A program made the translations under genes and the position numbers. Below are positions 19,845 through 27,216 of a stretch of 64,000 nucleotides of DNA, piece by piece. The notes below the pieces were generated by a model. That model did not search any database, was not told the DNA's origin, and saw only the letters and a list, made by a program, of their open reading frames with translations. The DNA lies in contig OZ244042.1 in the NCBI GenBank assembly GCA_965215015.1, positions 896,001-960,000 on the forward strand, written 5' to 3'. Numbering within the stretch: the first letter of the stretch is position 1; every line of letters starts with the position of its first letter. This DNA is from Candidatus Poribacteria bacterium. Lineage in GTDB: Bacteria; Poribacteria; WGA-4E; PCPOR2b.

Positions 19845-20837
19845 TTAAGGGCCCAATACGTCAGATTTAATATCGCCCCAGAACAGGGGAAGGAACCACC
19901 GGGGCGTAATAAACAAACGGGGATCCCATTCATGGGCGGCAATATCCGATCCCGGATTATCGGTCAACTGTATTAAGGTATGGTCTGCCAGACGGAAACG
20001 GTAGATATTCGACTGATTAGCCTTCCTACCAGTAAAGAGGATGGACCTCCCATCGACAGAGAAAGATTCAGAATATATCTGCAGCATCCGTGGCACCGGC
20101 ACTCGGTCCCACTTCTTCACCTTCCTTCGTCCTGCTAGATTCAGCGTGGCAATGACAGGAAAGGACTTGGCAATGCTTGAGCCAACCGCGTCCGCATACA
20201 CAATCTGTTTCCCATTGGGAGACCACCCACCCAAGAACATATGCGCGCCTCGTCGCGATTGGGACACCTGGAAACGCCCCCTCCCATCGGCGTTGACGAC
20301 AAGAATCTCCCGGTTAGCCCCTATAAACCCTTCAAAGGCAATCCGTTTCCCATCCGGCGACCACTTCGGTCTTGAGGCAAATCCCATGTTTGTGATTTGC
20401 TTGACGTTGCTCCCATCAGCATCCATCACGAAAATGTTGATATCCTTATTTTTACCACCGTTGCGATCGCTACTAAACGCAATCTGATTTCCGTCGGGAT
20501 GCCAATCTGCATAGTTATCGAGTCCGGGGTGGTGGGTCAGTCGCCGTGGATTGCCTCCATCGGCATCCATCACATAAATCTCTGAGTTCCTCTCTTTACC
20601 CCTATGCAGGTTCTTATCATCAGCCCGGTAACTATGGAACGCAATCTGTCGGCCGTTGGGAGACCAGGAGGGGGCAATATCATGCGCCTCATTGAACGTC
20701 AACCGCGTCAGATCGCTACCGTCAGAGTCCATCTTGTAGATTTCCAGGTTTCCAACCCGATTGGAATAAAATACAATTTTGCCCCAAAGGGGGCTCGTGG
20801 CAAGCCAAAGGCAAGCCACGAGAATTGACATACGCAT
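19845..20837 (-). CDS. Secreted TolB/PD40-like beta-propeller protein (T1, subtype 1)
   Basis: ATG 20837 after GGAGG; PD40 repeats; FWGDIKS tail. Confidence 0.9.
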   Translation of the reverse strand: MRMSILVACLWLATSPLWGKIVFYSNRVGNLEIYKMDSDGSDLTRLTFNEAHDIAPSWSPNGRQIAFHSYRADDKNLHRGKERNSEIYVMDADGGNPRRLTHHPGLDNYADWHPDGNQIAFSSDRNGGKNKDINIFVMDADGSNVKQITNMGFASRPKWSPDGKRIAFEGFIGANREILVVNADGRGRFQVSQSRRGAHMFLGGWSPNGKQIVYADAVGSSIAKSFPVIATLNLAGRRKVKKWDRVPVPRMLQIYSESFSVDGRSILFTGRKANQSNIYRFRLADHTLIQLTDNPGSDIAAHEWDPRLFITPRWFLPLFWGDIKSDVLGP

Positions 20838-20850
20838 AGCGACACCTCCA

Positions 20851-21357
20851 CTATTCTGGGACTTCAACGTTGCTCACATATCTAGCAGTTGTCCAACTCG
20901 CTGTTTTAAACCCGTTACCATTCTCAAACTTAATTTGAGTGGTGCTCTCAACCTCATATGTGCCGGGGCGTATCCCCCCAGGGGTATGGGTGTTTAAATA
21001 CCCCTGAACGAAATATGTATCACCCGCGCGTATTTTCGGTCGTCGATCCGAGTCGTTCTGCTCCTCGATTAAAATCTGGTCTGTGAGAACGATGTTCCCG
21101 TATGTGAATTTATGTGTCCACTTATAGGTAAGTTTCACCCACGTGTTGGAGTTGTTTTCTATATCCATGTAATGGTGGCTATAGGTGTCCGTGTCATTCC
21201 ACCAATGAGCCCCGGCACCAATTTCATAGTCTACACTCTTCCAGGTGCCCTCGACTATATCTGTCACAAGATGATTTGCATAACCTGCGACCACGCCAAT
21301 CAATAGAGCTGCTAGAGCGGTGAGAACTGTTGCCTTGAAACGACGTGAACTTAACAT
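20851..21357 (-). CDS. Secreted beta-rich hypothetical protein (A1)
   Basis: AGGAGA RBS; signal peptide ending GYA; first gene after the sigma-54 promoter. Confidence 0.85.
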   Translation of the reverse strand: MLSSRRFKATVLTALAALLIGVVAGYANHLVTDIVEGTWKSVDYEIGAGAHWWNDTDTYSHHYMDIENNSNTWVKLTYKWTHKFTYGNIVLTDQILIEEQNDSDRRPKIRAGDTYFVQGYLNTHTPGGIRPGTYEVESTTQIKFENGNGFKTASWTTARYVSNVEVPE

Positions 21358-21508
21358 GATGAAATCTCCTTTGATTGGTGAGGAATGCTTTGGCATTCCG
21401 TTGGGTGAGAACTATCAACTTTGAGTTGATTCACATATCCGATGGATATGTGGTTCTCTTTTTCACCAAGTGTTGACAGTGTTGATGACTTGGCTTCACG
21501 CTATTTAG

Positions 21509-21525
21509 AGCAAGACCTATGCCAA
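21509..21525 (-). promoter_or_regulatory. Sigma-54 -24/-12 promoter (TTGGCATAGGTCTTGCT)
   Basis: Consensus match directly downstream of a GAFTGA-containing activator gene. Confidence 0.85.
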
Positions 21526-21670
21526 CATTGTGAATGCGGTCAACTCTTCAGACTCGAACGTACGGAATTGAACACTCAAAATCTCATAGTTCAGTGATTC
21601 ATCACCGCACCATACAACTCACGACGTCCGATGAATCGGGCGATTACAGTCAGACAGCCGGTTTGTCATA

Positions 21671-21695
21671 GGGCAATAAATTGCCCGACTACAAA
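21671..21695. repeat. GTAG-type REP-like palindrome GGGCAATAAATTGCCCGACTACAAA (copies near 11608, 14006, 16687)
   Basis: Palindrome followed by CTAC; related elements outside the array near 31765-31790 and 57684-57708. Confidence 0.6.
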
Positions 21696-21783
21696 CAGAA
21701 GGGCGTAACTTCTCATTTATTCTTAATTTTCAGTGGAATCTAACCCCATCCCTCTCATTTCTGACTTTTCCCGTCCTGTCACT

Positions 21784-21923
21784 TCGCAGCTTTCTGCGTT
21801 TAAATTTGCCTCAAAATCGGCTAAAAGGCAACACATAATCGCTGGAAGCCTTGTGGCCACTGCGTTCCAGCAGGTTCGCAGCTTTCTGCGACGCCAATCC
21901 CCCGATATCGCAGCTTTCTGCGA
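21784..21923. promoter_or_regulatory. Putative UAS of the adjacent activator: three TCGCAG-CTTT-CTGCG(A) boxes
   Basis: Boxes start at 21784, 21876 and 21908; the last pair is 32 bp apart; ~260-400 bp upstream of the sigma-54 site. Confidence 0.65.
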
Positions 21924-21925
21924 AC

Positions 21926-23320
21926 TTACGTGGATCGACTTCTCTTGATACCGTATTTATCCATTTTATATCTCAACGTGGGCTCTGGAATACCGAGATG
22001 GTCTGCCGCAGCCTTCTGGTCTCCAGCACTTTCAAGCGCGTCAATGATTAAAATCCGCTCGTATTCCGTAACCAATCCGGTGAGCCCTTTGTTTTCAGGA
22101 TCGAATTTGCCAGCGACCTCAATCTGGAGGTCAGTGGTAGAAATCCAATCACTTCTGGCTAACACCACTGCCTGCTCGATACGATTTTCCAGTTCACGGA
22201 CGTTCCCCGGCCATGAGTATCTCATTAAGAACGTCATTGCTGCCTCCTGAAAGCCTCTGATTTGTTTGCCATCGGTTAGATGCGATTTTTGAGTGAGAAA
22301 GTGAGTGGCAAGTAGTGGTATATCGGATTTGCGCTCGCGTAACGGAGGAACGTGTAATGGAAAAACGTTGAGTCGATAGTAGAGATCCTCTCGAAATGTA
22401 CCCTCCTGGACTGCCTGCTCCAGATTTTTATTTGTCGCTGCAATCACTCGGACGTCCACTTCAATGGTCTGCTTCCCGCCGAGCCGTTCAAGCTGTCTTT
22501 CCTGCAAGACGCGCAGGAACTTTACTTGAGATTCCGCATCGAGTTCAGCAATTTCATCGAGGAAGATGGTGCCGCGGTTCGCACTCTCAAATTTTCCTTG
22601 CTTTCGCTCTGTTGCGCCGGTGAATGCTCCCCGCTCATGTCCAAAGAGTTCGCTGCCGAGAAGGGCATTCTCTGTTTGCCCGCAGGCAACCGTAACAAAG
22701 GGCTGACTGACTCTGGGACTGTGATGGTGAATGGCTTGGGCGATAAGTTCTTTTCCTGTTCCGCTTTCGCCTTGGACGAGAACGGTTGTGTCCGTCGAAG
22801 CGAGGCGGTCTATCTGCTCAAACAGGCGGCGCATGCGCTCGGAATCTCCAACGATGATTTTGTCGGGACCATAGCGATACCCTTTGATACGGTCAATTTC
22901 GGATTGTTGCAGGTCTGCAATTCGGCGTTCCAACAGCAACCTCTCATAAGCCTGATTGACCCGAAAGGGGAGTTCGCTGTAGCCTTGCGTTCTCTTTTCA
23001 ATGAAATCATAGGCACCCAACTTGTGGGCTCTCATGGCGTTTTCTATGCTCCCCTCGACGGTAACGATAATCACTTTGATGGCAGGGTTATACGCCGTAA
23101 TCTCCTTTAGAAACGTAAGCCCTTCTTCACTATCTTGGCGTTGCAATCTCAAATCGAGAATGACTATGTCCGGTTGGAACGCTTGCAGTTGATGAGAAGC
23201 AGTTGAGGTATCCGTTGCTGTCTCAATCCGATATCGTAGTGGAAGCAACTTCGCGCTATACACCTTTGTGTAGATTTCTTCGTCCTCGACGATAAGGATT
23301 TTTCCCGGTTTATCTGACAT
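21926..23320 (-). CDS. Sigma-54-dependent NtrC/AtoC-family response regulator
   Basis: Receiver domain (ILIVEDE, DIVILD), Walker A GESGTGKE, GAFTGA, FLDEI, WPGNVRELEN, C-terminal Fis HTH; ATG 23320 after GGAGG. Confidence 0.97.
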   Translation of the reverse strand: MSDKPGKILIVEDEEIYTKVYSAKLLPLRYRIETATDTSTASHQLQAFQPDIVILDLRLQRQDSEEGLTFLKEITAYNPAIKVIIVTVEGSIENAMRAHKLGAYDFIEKRTQGYSELPFRVNQAYERLLLERRIADLQQSEIDRIKGYRYGPDKIIVGDSERMRRLFEQIDRLASTDTTVLVQGESGTGKELIAQAIHHHSPRVSQPFVTVACGQTENALLGSELFGHERGAFTGATERKQGKFESANRGTIFLDEIAELDAESQVKFLRVLQERQLERLGGKQTIEVDVRVIAATNKNLEQAVQEGTFREDLYYRLNVFPLHVPPLRERKSDIPLLATHFLTQKSHLTDGKQIRGFQEAAMTFLMRYSWPGNVRELENRIEQAVVLARSDWISTTDLQIEVAGKFDPENKGLTGLVTEYERILIIDALESAGDQKAAADHLGIPEPTLRYKMDKYGIKRSRST

Positions 23321-23389
23321 GATTTCGCCTCCAGTAGTTTTGGGTAGGTCTTGTACCTGACCAAAACAGGGTAACCACAAGGGTTACCC

Positions 23390-24454
23390 TTACAGTATTA
23401 ATACATCTCGTTGTTGTCGGAGTAAAAAGATTGGCAACTCTACATAGATGGTTGTTCCAAGGTCAGGTTTTGACAAAACATCAATCTGTCCGTGGTGTTC
23501 GTTGATAATTTGCTGTGCAATCCACATGCCTAACCCGGTGCCGCCTCTATCTTTTTTCGTCGAATACAGCGGCTTAAAGATGTTTTGCAACGCTTCCGCG
23601 CTAATACCGCAGCCGGTGTCTTGTATATCAATTCGGATGGTATCAAGCACCCGGGCCATTCGGAGGGTAAGTGTGCCCCCGGTCTCCTCCATCGCCTCAC
23701 ACGCATTAATAACGAGATTCTCAAATGCCATCCGCAGCTTGTCCACATCTCCATGAATGTGGGGGACCACTTCGTACTGTCTACTCAGCGTGATTTTATG
23801 TTCCCAATCCGGATTTCTTTGCAGCGTTTCGTGCAGCAAAACTTCAATCTCAAGACGAAGATCAAAAACCCGAAATTCAGGTTGTATCGTTGCCTCAAGC
23901 AATTGATTGACCGTCTGACGTGTGTGATTCACCTGTTTTTTGATCTCTCGGGTGAATTTGCTCGTGGCGTCTTTAGAATGCCTCCCCGCAGGCGTTGTCT
24001 CCGCTAGCATCATCAAATTTTCCGAACAGGCTTCAATGATTGCCAGCGGATTTTTAACGGCATGAGCGAGACTACGAAGCGTATTGGCGTTGCTCTCCGC
24101 CTGTTCACGGGCACTATGTTCCTGTTGCAACATTTCTTCACGTAATCGCTGTGCTTCACGGTGCTTGGTATAGTAACGCCGGATAACAACAACAAACAGA
24201 ACGAGACATCCCACAATCGCCAACGCGGAAGGAATGGCAATCCAACCGTTGAGATACCAGTGCGACATAACTTTCAAGTGCCTGTTTGCAGCTTGGACAA
24301 CCACTGCGACACGAGGAGTTGTGTGATTAGAGACCGGTATAAAGACGGTACTGACGATGCCAATTGGATTTCCCTGCGATTGGGCGGCTGCGTCCCGCAC
24401 TTCGCTTGAAAGTAAAAGCCCGATTAATAGGAACCGTGACAATGCAGGTTTCAT
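23390..24454 (-). CDS. Membrane sensor histidine kinase
   Basis: H-box LAHAVKNPL, N-box ENLVINA, G1 DTGCGI, G2 GTGLG; signal peptide plus one TM; very short extracytoplasmic part. Confidence 0.95.
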   Translation of the reverse strand: MKPALSRFLLIGLLLSSEVRDAAAQSQGNPIGIVSTVFIPVSNHTTPRVAVVVQAANRHLKVMSHWYLNGWIAIPSALAIVGCLVLFVVVIRRYYTKHREAQRLREEMLQQEHSAREQAESNANTLRSLAHAVKNPLAIIEACSENLMMLAETTPAGRHSKDATSKFTREIKKQVNHTRQTVNQLLEATIQPEFRVFDLRLEIEVLLHETLQRNPDWEHKITLSRQYEVVPHIHGDVDKLRMAFENLVINACEAMEETGGTLTLRMARVLDTIRIDIQDTGCGISAEALQNIFKPLYSTKKDRGGTGLGMWIAQQIINEHHGQIDVLSKPDLGTTIYVELPIFLLRQQRDVLIL

Positions 24455-24893
24455 TGGAAATTCCTCTCTCGATTTAATGACTTGATGGAGAAACCATTTT
24501 CGCACAAAACGGAATGGATTGGAAGCATTTTCGTGCTTATTTCCTCGCCGACGCGGTCTCTCCTCTATGTATTACCCTCCGAGTTGGGCCCTAAACCTAT
24601 CGGGGAAACCTGCGAACGGTTCAAGCCTTTAAAAAGTTAGTAACGGTTGGCTGCAGAATTAGTACGATACATTGGCAACAATTGTGTCATGAAATAGGTC
24701 AAAATGACATATCATTGCCGGGCTACGGTTTGACCGCAAACTATGCCATAACGACATACAGCGATTCGACAGCAGATAGCTTCTGTCAATCCAGCACCTT
24801 ATGAAATGACTCTAGGCTCCACCCCCCTGAAACCCTTGTCTTAACAGGGATTGGGCGATGTCCCTGTTTTCCGATTCATAAAAGAAACAGAAT

Positions 24894-24910
24894 TTGGCAC
24901 GATACTTGCT
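24894..24910 (+). promoter_or_regulatory. Sigma-54 promoter (TTGGCACGATACTTGCT) for hsp20-degP
   Basis: Near-perfect YTGGCACG-N4-TTGCW match 73 bp upstream of hsp20. Confidence 0.85.
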
Positions 24911-24982
24911 CTATATTTAGATCGTCCGAGTAACAACATTTATAAAACAAATCACAAATTAGGACAATAGGAGAAACAAAAA

Positions 24983-25429
24983 ATGAGAAGCCTAGCCACG
25001 AAACCAATACAGGAGCTTTTTAGCATTCACAATGAGATGAGTCGATTGTTTGACAACTGGTATAGACCTACACGCTATCGCGCAGAGGGTGAGAATTTGG
25101 ATTGGATGCCAGTCGTTGATATCCTAGAAGCGGATGAGCACGTTGAAATCCGTGCCGAAATTCCGGGACTTTCGGAAAAGAATGTTCAAGTTTCTGTGAC
25201 GGATGATGTACTCACACTCAAAGGCGAAAAAACACAGGAAAGCGAGAAAAAGGATCAAAAGTATTATCGCGTTGAACGGAGTTATGGTAAATTCCAACGG
25301 TCTTTCACATTGCCAACGAATTTGAATCCTGAAGACATCAAAGCCAAATTCGCGAACGGCGTGCTGACCGTATCCATTCCAAAAGCAAAAGAGGTTCAAC
25401 CCAAAGAGATTCAAATCAGTGTTGAATAG
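24983..25429 (+). CDS. Hsp20/alpha-crystallin small heat-shock protein
   Basis: WMPVVDI, ERSYGKFQRSFTLP, NGVLTVSIPK motifs. Confidence 0.96.
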   Translation: MRSLATKPIQELFSIHNEMSRLFDNWYRPTRYRAEGENLDWMPVVDILEADEHVEIRAEIPGLSEKNVQVSVTDDVLTLKGEKTQESEKKDQKYYRVERSYGKFQRSFTLPTNLNPEDIKAKFANGVLTVSIPKAKEVQPKEIQISVE

Positions 25430-25442
25430 CTACCTGATTTAT

Positions 25443-25479
25443 AAAAAGCGTCCTGCGTTTAAACGTAGGACGCTTTTTT
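25443..25479 (+). terminator. Rho-independent terminator
   Basis: AAAAAGCGTCCTGCGTTT/AAACGTAGGACGCTTTTTT hairpin plus T run. Confidence 0.8.
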
Positions 25480-25557
25480 ATGTCAAAATTGCCGTGCTTT
25501 TTTGAAACTTTCATTTAGGTGATGGTGTGTTTTGAACAAGAAAAGGAGGGTCTACAA

Positions 25558-27099
25558 ATGTTTAAGTCAAATTCAACGAAATGGACAATTTCACTCATTG
25601 TTGTAGCACTAATAATCGCTGTCAGTGTAACAATAAGCACAGATAACTCTACGTTTACCCCTCAGACCGCAATTGGTCAAACCAACGAGAATGTTAGTCA
25701 GGACTTTGAATACTTGGAACGGGCAAATCGTGCATTTATTGAAGTGGTAAATCGTGCCAAACCTGCTGTTGTGCAAATTACGACAACCCGCTTAGTCTCA
25801 ACGCGCCAGAGTCCTTCCGATTTTTTTGGGGACGATTGGTTCGAGTTTTGGTTCGGTCCTCGGGAGCGGCGTGATTCAGATCCGCGTGAAGAAAACAAGC
25901 GAGAAGTAGATGGGCTCGGATCTGGTGTCATTGTGAGCGAAGACGGTTATATCTTAACGAACAACCACGTTATTGAAGACGCAGAGGGTATTGTGGTAGC
26001 CTTCCCCAATGGACGCGAATATCAGGCGACTGTTGTTGGAAAAGATGCGGGGCGCCAAGGAACAGATCTCGCTGTTCTGAAGATTGATGGAAAGAATTTG
26101 CCTTTCTTGCCTCTTGGCAACTCGGAGGAACTTCGGATTGGAGAATGGGTGATTGCCATCGGTAGTCCATTTGGACTCGCCCAAACAGTAACACGCGGGA
26201 TGGTCAGCGCGAAAGGACGTTCAATAGATGATATTAGGATCGTCAGATATGCTGACTTTATCCAGACTGATGCCGCAATCAACCGTGGTAACAGCGGGGG
26301 TGCACTCATTAACATCTATGGCGAGTTAATTGGCATTAACACGGCAATCGCCACCGGCGGTGGGGGCAATGTCGGCGTGGGATTTGCCATCCCAATTAAC
26401 CTCGCAAAACGGATCATGACCCAATTGATTAACAAAGGGGAGGTAGAGCGCGGTTGGTTGGGAATTACATTTGACCTAAATTTTTCTTATGAAGTGGCAG
26501 AGAAGTTTGGACTTGATGAACCACGGGGGGCTCTCGTTACCTCTGTCCTCGACGATTCCCCAGCAAAGAAAGGCGGGCTCAAACATGGGGACGTCATTCT
26601 TGCTGCTGCTCAAATCCCAATTCGTAACGGTCGACATCTCAGTAACGTTATTGCCGGACTGGATGTTGGAGAAACAATTGAGGTCAAAGTTCTCCGTAAG
26701 GGCGAGGAAAAAATCTTAAAGGTCAAACTCGGGAAACGGACACCAGAGGTCCTCGCCGCTCATTCAGGCAATAGAACACAGCGTTTTCCAAGTGAGGAAG
26801 ATAAAGCCACATTTGCGGGACTTCGTGTCCGAGATTTGACCAATGCCCTCGCAGAGCGTTATGGATATGAGGGTGAACAAGGCGTAATCATCATTGAGGT
26901 TGAGCGACGCAGCCCCGCAAGAGCACCGATTGGTGTCGGGACCCTAATTCAGGAGATTGAAGGGGTCGAAATCTCGAACCTGAAGGACTACTTTGAGCAG
27001 ATTAAAGCGGTTAAGGATCAATCAAAGATTCTGCTATATGTCAGGCTACCAAACAGCGGGAGGGCTGCATACGTCACGTTGGAAAACCCGTCGAACTAA
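25558..27099 (+). CDS. degP: DegP/Do-family periplasmic serine protease with two PDZ domains
   Basis: GSGVIV, TNNHVI, DLAVLKI, QTDAAINRGNSGG; ATG 25558 after AGGAGG. Confidence 0.93.
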   Translation: MFKSNSTKWTISLIVVALIIAVSVTISTDNSTFTPQTAIGQTNENVSQDFEYLERANRAFIEVVNRAKPAVVQITTTRLVSTRQSPSDFFGDDWFEFWFGPRERRDSDPREENKREVDGLGSGVIVSEDGYILTNNHVIEDAEGIVVAFPNGREYQATVVGKDAGRQGTDLAVLKIDGKNLPFLPLGNSEELRIGEWVIAIGSPFGLAQTVTRGMVSAKGRSIDDIRIVRYADFIQTDAAINRGNSGGALINIYGELIGINTAIATGGGGNVGVGFAIPINLAKRIMTQLINKGEVERGWLGITFDLNFSYEVAEKFGLDEPRGALVTSVLDDSPAKKGGLKHGDVILAAAQIPIRNGRHLSNVIAGLDVGETIEVKVLRKGEEKILKVKLGKRTPEVLAAHSGNRTQRFPSEEDKATFAGLRVRDLTNALAERYGYEGEQGVIIIEVERRSPARAPIGVGTLIQEIEGVEISNLKDYFEQIKAVKDQSKILLYVRLPNSGRAAYVTLENPSN

Positions 27100-27130
27100 A
27101 AGAAACGGATGAAACCTGTCTCATAGAACG

Positions 27131-27170
27131 GAGAGGAGATGAATTTGTAAGGGTTCATCTCCTCTTTTTT
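27131..27170 (+). terminator. Rho-independent terminator between convergent genes
   Basis: AGAGGAGATGAA...TTCATCTCCTCT followed by a T run. Confidence 0.75.
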
Positions 27171-27216
27171 ATTTCTCCTGTCGGAGAGGCCTGATTCTCA
27201 GTAGTGCACTATTTAT

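Noticed and set aside
8774-20837. Calling the propellers tolB
   Set aside because: They lack the TolB N-terminal domain and there is no tol-pal context; only PD40 repeats are shared.
21671-21686. GGGCAATAAATTGCCC as the activator's enhancer
   Set aside because: It is followed by GACTACAAA and resembles REP elements elsewhere (31765-31790, 57684), so a REP is more likely; the TCGCAG boxes fit better.
8679-21925. Array as a diversity-generating retroelement
   Set aside because: No reverse transcriptase in the window, and differences between copies are not adenine-specific.
8679-21925. Array as a CRISPR locus or classical integron
   Set aside because: No regular short repeat-spacer periodicity, no cas genes, no tyrosine integrase, and no canonical attC ends recognised.
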